Positions 27,401 to 35,998 of a DNA stretch of 45,228 nucleotides are shown here, in pieces (the first letter of the stretch is position 1; each line of letters opens with the position of its first letter). The notes beneath the pieces are model-generated. The model worked only from the letters and a program-made list of their open reading frames with translations, had not been told where the DNA came from and did not search any database. The position numbers were made by a program, and so were the translations under genes. Origin of the DNA: an uncultured bacterium (GTDB lineage Bacteria; Omnitrophota; Omnitrophia; Omnitrophales; Aquincolibacteriaceae); the NCBI GenBank assembly GCA_964349955.1, contig CAYGIT010000001.1, positions 1 through 45,228 on the forward strand, written 5' to 3'.

Positions 27401-28810
27401 TTAATAAGCGTTACGGTAAGCCTTGGCTGCAAAAAAAGTCATGAAAAGAATCTCAATGTCGAAAATTAACGACCAGTTTTCCATATAATAGAGATCGTAT
27501 TTCAGGCGCTCCTGAATGGAGGTATTGCCCCGGAAGCCGTTGACCTGCGCCCAACCGGTGATTCCGGATTTGATTTTGTGCCGCGTGATGTAGCGTGGGA
27601 TGGAAGCCCGGAACTGCTGGACAAAGTGCGGGCGCTCGGGACGCGGGCCGACAAGGCTCATGTTCCCGTTCAGGACATTGAAAAGTTGCGGCAATTCGTC
27701 CAGATTCGTGCGTCTCAGGAAATTTCCCATACGCGTGCGGCGATGGTCATTGGGTTTTGCCCAAACCGGCCCGGTCTCTTTTTCCGCATCCACCTTCATC
27801 GTTCGGAACTTGATAAGATTGAATAATTTTTCATCGCGCCCAACCCGCTCCTGCCGGTAAAAAACAGGTCCCCCGTCATCCAGCTTGACCAGAAGCGCGG
27901 TCAGGATTAAAACCGGCGACGAGACAAGAATTCCAATCAGGCTGACCGCCAGGTCAAAAAGCCTTTTGGCGGAGCGGTTCCAGATATCTTCGAGCGGAAG
28001 CAAACGAAAACCAAGAAGCGGGACCGCGCTGACATGCTCGACATCCACATGCCGTGTCATCATTCCGAAAAAATCCGCCACGATTTTAAAATCAATCCAT
28101 TGATCTTCGCAGAGTTCCACCAGGTCCATGGTTTCAGACCTTGAAAATCCCGTATCGACAAGAATGACGCGGTCCGGTTTCAGTTCCCGGATAAAATGTT
28201 CGGGTTGAAGGGACGAGCCGAGAATCGTCACTCCCTGGAAATGAGAACCTTGAAGGCCCGCTTTTTTTGCAAGTATCCCGATGATTTCCTGGCCATAATG
28301 GGGATTGTTTCTTGCCCACTGGATGATGATGCGGGCATTGCGGTTTGCGCCGATGATGAGAACTTTCAGGATTTTTTCCTTGTCGAGCTTGCGGCGGTAT
28401 TCCCATTGAATGAGGAGGTAGCGCGAAAGGCTGACAAGAATGACCGAAAAAAACCAGACAATGACCAGATAAATGCGGGAATAAGTAAAAGCCCGGTAGA
28501 AAAAGGTCGCAGCCATGAGAATGACGGCCGCAAAGGAAATGGCTTTGATGGCCATGAAAATCTCTTCGATCCTGCGCAAATGGCGGCTTTTCTGGTAAAG
28601 GCCGTAAGCGCGGAAGATCCATAGGTAAACGGGAAGAACGAGAAGCAGGGCCCCCGCATAGCGCTGGAAATCGGGAGCTTCTCCTGCTAACGGGACGATT
28701 CCGGCAGCAAAACGGAAAAGGTAAGCTCCCAGATAGCTGGCCGTGATCGCGAGAATGTCGAAAAAAAGCGTCAGGCGGATAAAGGGATTTTGCTTTTTAT
28801 CGTTTGGCAT
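27401..28810 (-). CDS. Polyprenyl-phosphate sugar-phosphate transferase (initiating enzyme, WbaP/EpsB-type)
   Basis: 469 aa with N-terminal TM helices and a C-terminal bacterial sugar-transferase domain (KRLFDL..., KFRTM, LDELPQLFNVLNGNMSLVGPRPERP). Confidence 0.88.
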   Translation of the reverse strand: MPNDKKQNPFIRLTLFFDILAITASYLGAYLFRFAAGIVPLAGEAPDFQRYAGALLLVLPVYLWIFRAYGLYQKSRHLRRIEEIFMAIKAISFAAVILMAATFFYRAFTYSRIYLVIVWFFSVILVSLSRYLLIQWEYRRKLDKEKILKVLIIGANRNARIIIQWARNNPHYGQEIIGILAKKAGLQGSHFQGVTILGSSLQPEHFIRELKPDRVILVDTGFSRSETMDLVELCEDQWIDFKIVADFFGMMTRHVDVEHVSAVPLLGFRLLPLEDIWNRSAKRLFDLAVSLIGILVSSPVLILTALLVKLDDGGPVFYRQERVGRDEKLFNLIKFRTMKVDAEKETGPVWAKPNDHRRTRMGNFLRRTNLDELPQLFNVLNGNMSLVGPRPERPHFVQQFRASIPRYITRHKIKSGITGWAQVNGFRGNTSIQERLKYDLYYMENWSLIFDIEILFMTFFAAKAYRNAY

Positions 28811-29927
28811 GGGCCCCCGAAAGGCATTCGGCGATCAAATCAGACAACTGTTTTTTAAAGCATTCTTTGCTGAAGGGCATCATGAGGGAAGAGATTTTAT
28901 CACGGCTGAAACTTTTTTGCTCGAATTCCAGAACGGCCTGCCCGAGAGCCTCCGGAGTCTGTTCCTGAAAGAAAACTCCGGTCTTGACGCTTTCCAGGGC
29001 GCCGCCTTTGCCAAAGGCGATCACGGGTGTTCCGCAGGCCTGGGCTTCGAGCGGCACAATTCCAAAATCTTCTTCGGTGGGAAAAATAAGGGCCTTCGCG
29101 CCGGCATAAAGTTTTTGAAGTTCAAGGTTTGAAAGGCCACCGAGAAATGAGATTTTTTCACTCGTGCGAAGTTTTTTGTATCGCTGGGCCATGGGCCCCC
29201 CTCCGGCAATCAGGAGGCGGCGATCCAGCGAGTTGAAAGCTTCAATCACGAGGTCCACCCGCTTGTACGGGACAAAAGCGGAAACCACGAGGTAATAAGG
29301 TTCCCCTTCCGGTTTTTGAGCGGAGCATTGGTAAGTTTGCGTGTCCAGCGGAGGGTAAAGGACAAAGGAATTACGGCCGTAAAAATTCTGAATCCGGTTT
29401 TGCACATTCACTGAATTGGCAATAAAGAAATCGACCTTTCGATTGGATTGCAGGTCCTGATTTTTTAAAGTTTTAAAAAATAAACGGGCCAGGAAGCGCA
29501 AGGGCGCGGCCATGGAACCGAAATATTCTTTTTCATAACCCCACAGGTAGCGCATAGGCGTATGGCAATAGCAAATATGCATAGCACCGGGCGGAATTTT
29601 AATGCCTTTGGCCACGCAATGAGAACTGGAAATGACTAAATCTGCCGATTCAACCTGAATGGATTCCGCCGCCGCGGGCAAAAGCGGAAGAAGCCACCGG
29701 TAAATTTTACGAATGCCGGGAATATTCCGGAGAAAGGAACTTTTGATTTTCATGCGCTGCAGGGCCGGGCTTAATTTTTTCCGGTCGAAAAACAGGGTGT
29801 AAATCACGGCTTCCGGAAAAAGTTCGGCCATGGCCTCCAGGACTTTTTCTCCGCCGCGCATGTGGATTAGCCAGTCGTGGACGAGCACGACTTTGAGGCT
29901 TTTGAAATCTTTCAGTTCAGTTTCCAT
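28797..29927 (-). CDS. Glycosyltransferase family 4
   Basis: 376 aa, KVVLVHDWLIHMRGGEKVLE N-terminus and FPTEEDFGIVPLEAQACGTPVIA C-terminal GT-B motif. Confidence 0.85.
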   Translation of the reverse strand: METELKDFKSLKVVLVHDWLIHMRGGEKVLEAMAELFPEAVIYTLFFDRKKLSPALQRMKIKSSFLRNIPGIRKIYRWLLPLLPAAAESIQVESADLVISSSHCVAKGIKIPPGAMHICYCHTPMRYLWGYEKEYFGSMAAPLRFLARLFFKTLKNQDLQSNRKVDFFIANSVNVQNRIQNFYGRNSFVLYPPLDTQTYQCSAQKPEGEPYYLVVSAFVPYKRVDLVIEAFNSLDRRLLIAGGGPMAQRYKKLRTSEKISFLGGLSNLELQKLYAGAKALIFPTEEDFGIVPLEAQACGTPVIAFGKGGALESVKTGVFFQEQTPEALGQAVLEFEQKSFSRDKISSLMMPFSKECFKKQLSDLIAECLSGAHAKR

Positions 29928-30996
29928 TTAAAACCCGGTTGTAAATTTCGTGAGTTTTTTGGGCCATGGAATCCCAGGAAAAAAGCGCGGCGCGGGCATT
30001 CCCTTTCAGGATCAATTCCCGGCGCAATGCCGGATTTGTTTCGATTTGGCGCATCGCTTGGCCCATGGCTTCATCATCGTGCGGTTGGACCAGCAGGGCC
30101 GCCTCCCCCGCAATTTCAGGAATGGCGGAAGTCCGGCAAGCGATCACAGGAAGCCCGCAGGCCATGGCTTCCAGCAAAGTCAGTCCGAAGCCTTCATAGA
30201 GCGAGGGATGCACCAGTGCCAGGGCGGCATTGTACAAAGTCACAAGGTCCTCCCCCTCCGCATAGGGAATATAATGAATGCCGTTGCCCGTTTTGAGTTG
30301 GGCAAGCTCCTTGAATTGGGGCCGGTACCGGCGGTCTTTTTTTCCCACGATGACCAGAGAGGCCTGGAGCATCCCCTCTTTCTTTGCTTTCCGGAAAACA
30401 CGGAGCAGCGCATGGACGTTTTTATGCGGCTTGAGATTCCCGACCGTGAGAAAAAAAGATTCAGGTAACTCGTATTTTTTGCGGACCGCCCGGATTTTTT
30501 CCGGGTCCTGGAGCGCACGGAAATGCGCGCCCACGCCTTCGTAAATAACTGAGATTTTTTCCGGGGAAGCGCGGAAATAGCGGACCAGGTCTTCTTTGGT
30601 TTTTTCCGAAACCGTGAGGATATGATCGGCCGTGGTGACGCAGCGCCGGAGCATGAAACCGGCATAGGCGGCCTGAAGCGGTGTGAAAAAATCCTTGCGA
30701 AAAATCCAGTGAATCAGGTCATGAATGGTGACCACCAGGCGGGTCTTGCCTTTGAATACCGGAATATTGTAATGCGGGGAATGCCAGAGCTTGCATTGAG
30801 CCAGGCGGGACGGATATTGAAATTGCTCGGCGAGGGAATAAATGGAGGCGGAAAACTCAGAAGTCCCAGCACCGAACGGCTGGAATTCACCGGCCGGGAT
30901 TTTTAGATGGGAGAGGCCCTCCAAAAGGCCCTGGAGATAAGTTCCGATTCCGGAATGGTGAAGCATGCGCGTGTCAATGCCAATGCGGTATTTCAT
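29917..30996 (-). CDS. Glycosyltransferase family 4
   Basis: MKYRIGIDTRMLHHSGIGTY N-terminus and HPSLYEGFGLTLLEAMACGLPVIA motif. The ATG at 30996 abuts the GT9 stop at 30993-30995. Confidence 0.85.
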   Translation of the reverse strand: MKYRIGIDTRMLHHSGIGTYLQGLLEGLSHLKIPAGEFQPFGAGTSEFSASIYSLAEQFQYPSRLAQCKLWHSPHYNIPVFKGKTRLVVTIHDLIHWIFRKDFFTPLQAAYAGFMLRRCVTTADHILTVSEKTKEDLVRYFRASPEKISVIYEGVGAHFRALQDPEKIRAVRKKYELPESFFLTVGNLKPHKNVHALLRVFRKAKKEGMLQASLVIVGKKDRRYRPQFKELAQLKTGNGIHYIPYAEGEDLVTLYNAALALVHPSLYEGFGLTLLEAMACGLPVIACRTSAIPEIAGEAALLVQPHDDEAMGQAMRQIETNPALRRELILKGNARAALFSWDSMAQKTHEIYNRVLNGN

Positions 30997-32138
30997 GCGA
31001 GCCGCACTCTTTGAAGGACTTCTTCCACGCTGATTTTTTCCATGCAATCATGATGTTTGAGCGGACATTCGCGCGCTTCACAGGGCGAGCATGGCACTTC
31101 ATGGTGCATGAGTTGAAGGAATTTGGACCACGGGTGCCAGACCGCGGCCTCATTCGTGCCGCTGAAAAGAACGATCATGGGAATCCCCTGCGCCGCGGCG
31201 AGATGAGAAGGGCCGGAATCATTGCCGATAAAAAGCTGGCACATATCCAAAAGAACAGGCAGGTCTTCGAGTTTTGTCTTCCCTCTCAAATCAATCAGTT
31301 TAGAATCGGAAATTTCAAAGCTCAAGAGTTTCTTTTCCGCTTCGGTTCCGATCAAGAGAACATTTCCGAGATTTTCCTCGAGAATTTTTCCGATGAGAAC
31401 CTTGAATTTTATCGCCGGCCAGCGTTTGGAAGCGTAGCCGGCTCCCGGATGAATGACGATGCGGCGGACGGAATTTTCCGGCAAAAAAGATTTCAATGAA
31501 TTGAGGACTTGAAGTTGGCGGGCGTCCGGATAAGAAAAGGGTTTGTTTTCCGCTTCCCCGCGGATTCCAAGCGGCTCCAGTAATTTTATATTCAGAAGCA
31601 CCTGGTGAAGGGAAGGCGAATAGGGCCCGCAATGTGTGAGCAGAAATCCGCCGCCCGTGATTCCATAGGCAAAGCGTTGAGGGATTCCGGCCCAGGCCAT
31701 GAGGAGAATAATGCGCAAATCCCCGCGAAAATCAATCGCAAGATCATAAGCATTGGATTTGAGAACGCGAAGAATCCTCAAGGCTTCCCTCCATGGATTC
31801 CCAAAGCCCGCATTCGGAGAAAACCATGAGGGGTTCATGATAATCCGCTCATGAATTTCGCCACCGTCTTCAAAAAGCGATGCGGCGCCGCACGATACCA
31901 AAAGATCGATTTGCGCTTGCGGAAATTTTTTTTTCAAAAGAGCGATGGCAGGACGGGTCATGGCGAGATCGCCCAAATGATCCAGCCGAATGACGAGAAT
32001 TTTTTTGATTTTTTCCGTATCAATAGGTTTACGGAAATGGTTGGGAATGAAAAAAAGGCATGCCCCTGCCGCATCAAAAAGGGCGGCTAAAAGCCTTTTG
32101 GCTTTATGCCGGAAAACATAGCGAGGCAGGAAGGGCAC
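30993..32138 (-). CDS. Glycosyltransferase family 9 (heptosyltransferase-like)
   Basis: ILVIRLDHLGDLAMTRPA and FIGNDSGPSHLAAAQGIPMIVLF GT9 motifs. The start is uncertain. The track ORF is open to 32261 but would overlap the DUF5989 gene by about 100 nt. The GTG at 32138 avoids the overlap. Confidence 0.8.
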   Translation of the reverse strand: MPFLPRYVFRHKAKRLLAALFDAAGACLFFIPNHFRKPIDTEKIKKILVIRLDHLGDLAMTRPAIALLKKKFPQAQIDLLVSCGAASLFEDGGEIHERIIMNPSWFSPNAGFGNPWREALRILRVLKSNAYDLAIDFRGDLRIILLMAWAGIPQRFAYGITGGGFLLTHCGPYSPSLHQVLLNIKLLEPLGIRGEAENKPFSYPDARQLQVLNSLKSFLPENSVRRIVIHPGAGYASKRWPAIKFKVLIGKILEENLGNVLLIGTEAEKKLLSFEISDSKLIDLRGKTKLEDLPVLLDMCQLFIGNDSGPSHLAAAQGIPMIVLFSGTNEAAVWHPWSKFLQLMHHEVPCSPCEARECPLKHHDCMEKISVEEVLQRVRLA

Positions 32139-32158
32139 GGGGAAGACAGGCGCCGCTG

Positions 32159-32317
32159 CTAAAACAGCGTATAAATAAAAGGCGCGACCGCCGAGCTTTC
32201 GGTGAGAACGATCAGCGCGCCCAGCAGTACCAGGACCACGATAATGGGCATGAGCCACCATTTTTTGCGGACTTTTAAAAAATCCCAGAATTCCCTGAAA
32301 ATCGAAAGCTTTCCCAT
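32159..32317 (-). CDS. DUF5989-family small membrane protein
   Basis: 52 aa, MGKLSIFREFWDFLKVRKKWWLMPIIVVLVLLGALIVLTESSAVAPFIYTLF. It has the characteristic ...APFIYTLF C-terminus and is the usual partner of SxtJ and carbamoyltransferase genes. Confidence 0.75.
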   Translation of the reverse strand: MGKLSIFREFWDFLKVRKKWWLMPIIVVLVLLGALIVLTESSAVAPFIYTLF

Positions 32318-32330
32318 TGTTTCTCCTTGA

Positions 32331-32759
32331 TCAGTATTGCCGTTCGTAATACTCTTTTTCGGTTTTGGTTTTGACCGGGTTCCAACCGGTAGAATCCGGT
32401 TTTCGGAAAGTAAGGTCCATATGTTTTTTGCCAAGCAGCCGGCTGATGATGGCCAGCGGTGAAAGAACAAGAAAAAACAGGACGGTCAAAATCACGCGGC
32501 TCATGACAAACCCCATCAGGACCGCGATCGTCATCCAGGCTTTCTGCAGGGGCTGAAGGGTCATGGGCAGCAACAAACCGAAGGCAAAGAAAGTTCCTGA
32601 AAGAGCGGCGGCCCAAAGAAAAGGCCGGTGGCGCCAAAAAAGCAAGCCGCCGAGAATCCCGAAAAAACAGCCCATCACGATTCCGAATTCGCGAAGTTCC
32701 TTTTTTCCGCTTTTGATTTTTTTGATTTCGTCGAGAATCTTCATGTCAGTCCAGCTCAT
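32331..32759 (-). CDS. SxtJ-family membrane protein
   Basis: 142 aa with KELREFGIVMG followed by three hydrophobic helices. Sits immediately downstream of the carbamoyltransferase, as in other SxtJ loci. Confidence 0.7.
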   Translation of the reverse strand: MSWTDMKILDEIKKIKSGKKELREFGIVMGCFFGILGGLLFWRHRPFLWAAALSGTFFAFGLLLPMTLQPLQKAWMTIAVLMGFVMSRVILTVLFFLVLSPLAIISRLLGKKHMDLTFRKPDSTGWNPVKTKTEKEYYERQY

Positions 32760-34560
32760 ATTCTTGATGCCAGTTCGTGTCTTTCTCGAGCGGCTTTTGG
32801 CCGGTTTTGTCGATTAAGTAATTTCCCACGATCAGGTAGTCCATATTCGTTCGCATGAAGCATTTATAGGCATGCTCGGGCGTGCAGACCACGGGTTCCC
32901 CACGCACGTTAAAAGAAGTGTTGATGATCACGGGGCATGCATATTTCTGGTCAAATTTTTGCAGAAGCTTGTAATAAAGCGGATGGTCCTCCGAATCCAC
33001 GGTTTGAACGCGGGCCGAATAATCCACGTGAGTGATGGCGGGCAAACTTGACCGGGGCACGTTCAATTTTTCGAGGCCGAAAAGTTTTTCTTCTTCGGCT
33101 GTCATGGAACGGCGGATTTTTTCTTTGACCGGCGCTACGAGCAGCATGTACGGGCTTTCGGCATCCATTTCGAAATAGTCGTTCACCTTTTCTTTGAGGA
33201 CCGAAGGCGCAAACGGGCGGAAACTTTCCCGGAATTTGATTTTCAGATTCATGGTTTCCTGCATTTTGGACGACCGCGCGTCTCCGAGAATAGAACGGCT
33301 GCCAAGAGCTCGCGGGCCGAATTCCATTTTCCCCTGGAACCAGCCGATGACTTTTTCCTGCGCAATCAGGTCGGCAATTTTTTCCGGAATTTCTTCATCC
33401 GTTAAACGGGTATAAGGGATGCTTTGTTTTTTAAGAAAATCTTCGATTTCATTTCCTGCAAAAGAAGGGCCAAGATAAGAGCCTTGCATGGCGTCACGCG
33501 CCGGGGCTTTGCGCGGATTGCCGAGATATTGATACCAGGTAAAAAGGGCAGCGCCGAGCGCTCCGCCCGCATCGCCTGCTGCGGGCTGAATCCATAATTT
33601 TTCAAACGGGCCTTCCCGCAGAATGCGGCCATTGGCCACGCAATTCAGCGCCACTCCCCCGGCAAGGCATAGATTTTTTTGCCCGGTCTGGCGATGGATG
33701 TGGTGCGCGATTTTCAGCATGACTTCTTCGGTGACTTCCTGCACGGACCGGGCCAGGTCCATATCGCGCTGGGTGAGTTTCGCTTCCGGTTTCCGGCGCG
33801 GGCCGCCGAATAAACGGTCGAATTTTCTGTTGGTCATTTTCAGGCCCGCGCAAAAATCAAAATAGGCCATGTTCAGGCGAAACGATCCGTCTTCCTTCAA
33901 ATCCATCAATTCTTTGAGAATCAAATCCTTGTATTTGGGTTCCCCATAGGGCGCAAGCCCCATGACTTTGTATTCCCCGGAATTGACTTTAAAGCCGGTG
34001 TAATAAGTAAAGGCCGAGTAAAGAAGGCCGAGCGAGTGCGGAAAGAGGATTTCCGACAAAAGATCAAGCTGATTGCCCTTCCCCACCCCGAAACTGGTAG
34101 TGGCCCATTCGCCCACGCCGTCGGCAGTCAAAACTGCCGCTTCCTGGAAAGGCGAAGGGAAAAAGGCGGAAGCAGCATGGGACTGATGATGCTCGGTGAA
34201 AATGACCTTCCCCTTGAAATCAAGCGTATCGATGATTTCCTGCTTGATCCAGAGTTTTTGTTTGATCCACAGAGGCATGGCCTTGACAAACGAGCGGATG
34301 CCATACGGAGCATAAGTCATGGCGGTTTCGAGAATGCGCTCGAATTTAATAAAGGGTTTTTCGTAAAAGGCGACATAATCCAGTTCTTGCGCCGTGATGC
34401 CGCCGGTCTTGAGGCAAAATTCAATGGCCTTCATCGGGAAAGCCGCATCATGCTTTTTACGGGTGAAACGCTCTTCCTGGGCAGCAGCAATGATTTTGCC
34501 GTCGTCAATCAGACAGGCGGCAGAGTCATGATAGAAAGCGGAAAGGCCAAGAATTTTCAT
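32746..34560 (-). CDS. Carbamoyltransferase (NodU/CmcH family)
   Basis: 604 aa, MKILGLSAFYHDSAACLI N-terminus, LAGGVALNCVANG, and a C-terminal TSFNVRGEPVVCTPEHA motif. Confidence 0.9.
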   Translation of the reverse strand: MKILGLSAFYHDSAACLIDDGKIIAAAQEERFTRKKHDAAFPMKAIEFCLKTGGITAQELDYVAFYEKPFIKFERILETAMTYAPYGIRSFVKAMPLWIKQKLWIKQEIIDTLDFKGKVIFTEHHQSHAASAFFPSPFQEAAVLTADGVGEWATTSFGVGKGNQLDLLSEILFPHSLGLLYSAFTYYTGFKVNSGEYKVMGLAPYGEPKYKDLILKELMDLKEDGSFRLNMAYFDFCAGLKMTNRKFDRLFGGPRRKPEAKLTQRDMDLARSVQEVTEEVMLKIAHHIHRQTGQKNLCLAGGVALNCVANGRILREGPFEKLWIQPAAGDAGGALGAALFTWYQYLGNPRKAPARDAMQGSYLGPSFAGNEIEDFLKKQSIPYTRLTDEEIPEKIADLIAQEKVIGWFQGKMEFGPRALGSRSILGDARSSKMQETMNLKIKFRESFRPFAPSVLKEKVNDYFEMDAESPYMLLVAPVKEKIRRSMTAEEEKLFGLEKLNVPRSSLPAITHVDYSARVQTVDSEDHPLYYKLLQKFDQKYACPVIINTSFNVRGEPVVCTPEHAYKCFMRTNMDYLIVGNYLIDKTGQKPLEKDTNWHQEYELD

Positions 34561-34602
34561 ATTGAAGGTCTCTATGGATAAAGGGCTCTAAAACAAAGAG
34601 TT

Positions 34603-34631
34603 AGGATACAAGTTTCAGAAGCGATGATCAA
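34603..34631 (-). promoter_or_regulatory. Candidate sigma70-type promoter for the carbamoyltransferase operon (TTGATC-17 nt-TATCCT)
   Basis: The minus strand reads TTGATCatcgcttctgaaacttgTATCCT, about 40 nt upstream of the ATG at 34560 and just downstream of repeat copy 3. Confidence 0.3.
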
Positions 34632-34666
34632 GCAGTTTCGAATGGCGACATCGCTTCGCGGATCAA

Positions 34667-34755
34667 GGTCGTGCCCGTGCCGTCAAGGAGGGAAGCTTCT
34701 GGACTTGCCAGCACGAGCACGGCCGAGCCGTCCGGAAAATTCTGCTGCACGACCC
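34667..34755. repeat. Mosaic palindromic repeat, copy 3 (collapsed hairpin plus 23-nt terminal motif)
   Basis: 34667-34699 matches 30/33 to the reverse complement of 20835-20867. 34704-34755 matches about 49/52 to the reverse complement of 45088-45139. It contains gtccggaaaattctgctgcacga at 34730-34752. Confidence 0.85.
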
Positions 34756-34771
34756 TGTCCCGCAGTTAGAG

Positions 34772-35998
34772 CTACGACCCGGCAGTTTGTAAATGGCGCT
34801 GCGATAAATAAGCGGCCTGGAGGCCCAGGAGATACCAGAAAGTCATGGCGGCTTGTTCATTATGGAGGACCGTGTCGATCAGGGCAAAAACGAGAAAACC
34901 CAGGAGGGCACTTAGTAGTCCCAAAGGAAGAAGCTCTTTCCCGGGCGCGGTGTTGCGCTTTTGGGCGAGGCGTTTGAAACTCCACAGGAATTGACCGCTC
35001 AAGAAGGCAAGAAATAATAAAAGGCCCGGCAATCCGGTTTCTGCGGCAAGCTGCAAGTAGCCGTTATGGGCATAATAATTCCGGACACGCCAGTTTTTCG
35101 TGGTGTCATAACGCTGGTGTGCAACTGCATAGGTATTGATCCCGGTTCCGGTCAAAGGTTTTGCGCGAATGACCGAAACCGCGCGGTCCCACAAGTAATA
35201 GCGTTCCACCAGCGATTGTTCCTTGCGCTCCGCGTCGAGATGAATAAATGTGCTTTTGGGAAGCGCGCGAAAAAGAGTGACGGCGAGGATCATGCCCAAA
35301 AGCAGCAAACGCCAATTTTTAAAATAGAAAAGCAGAAAGACAAAACTCGTGCCAAAAGCAAGCATGGCGCCACGGGATTTCGTGAAGTAAAGAACCACGC
35401 TGCCGGAAAGAAATAAAAAAAAGAGAATGCCCGAAAGCCAGGCCGGGTATTTCAGTTTCCAGGCGCGTTGCGCAATCATCAGGGCAACCGGCAATGTCAA
35501 AATCAAATAGCAGCCCAGAAGCCCGTAGGTTTTGAAGGAAGCGCTCAACCTTATCCCCGACCCGGAATATTGGGCCGCAATATGGCGCAGAAAATCTTTG
35601 CCTAGCCATGCCTGCCAGGCTGCATCCAGGATGGTGAGCGCCAGCATTGCGATAAAAAGGTTTTCCCATTTTTTCAGATCCCCGGCCCGGAAACTATCCG
35701 CGGCGATGAGAAAAATCATGCTTTGCTGGGCAATCTTGAAAATACCCCGGAAGCTTTGAGGGCGGGCTTCCGACCAGAACCAGGAAAGAATGCACCAGCC
35801 CATAAATGCCGCCAAAATGAAAAGAAGGGCTTTGGGTGTTTCCACCTGCCAGGATTTGCGGCTGATTTTCCAGCCCAGCCAGAAGAGAAGGGCGGCGACA
35901 AATGAAATTTCCGACAGCGCGGAAGAAAAGGAAAACGAGGCCCAAAGCACAAGCAAACCGAGGACGGTTCCTTTTCTGAAAAAATCGGGTTCAGGCAT
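34772..35998 (-). CDS. O-antigen ligase / Wzy_C-domain polytopic membrane protein
   Basis: About 10 predicted TM segments and the YYAHNGYLQLAAETGLPGLLLF Wzy_C signature. The ORF is open to 36052. The ATG at 35998 gives an 8-nt overlap with the upstream GT2 stop. Confidence 0.8.
   Translation of the reverse strand: MPEPDFFRKGTVLGLLVLWASFSFSSALSEISFVAALLFWLGWKISRKSWQVETPKALLFILAAFMGWCILSWFWSEARPQSFRGIFKIAQQSMIFLIAADSFRAGDLKKWENLFIAMLALTILDAAWQAWLGKDFLRHIAAQYSGSGIRLSASFKTYGLLGCYLILTLPVALMIAQRAWKLKYPAWLSGILFFLFLSGSVVLYFTKSRGAMLAFGTSFVFLLFYFKNWRLLLLGMILAVTLFRALPKSTFIHLDAERKEQSLVERYYLWDRAVSVIRAKPLTGTGINTYAVAHQRYDTTKNWRVRNYYAHNGYLQLAAETGLPGLLLFLAFLSGQFLWSFKRLAQKRNTAPGKELLPLGLLSALLGFLVFALIDTVLHNEQAAMTFWYLLGLQAAYLSQRHLQTAGS

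Noticed and set aside
34624-34977. 117-aa plus-strand ORF sharing the peptide LPARARPSRPENSAAR with the N-terminal extension of the 43479-45143 ORF. It looked like a possible conserved small protein or domain.
   Set aside because: The shared peptide is simply the translation of the shared DNA repeat, read on opposite genomic strands. One ORF is largely antisense to the O-antigen-ligase-like gene. The other extension starts at a TTG upstream of a good ATG (45062).
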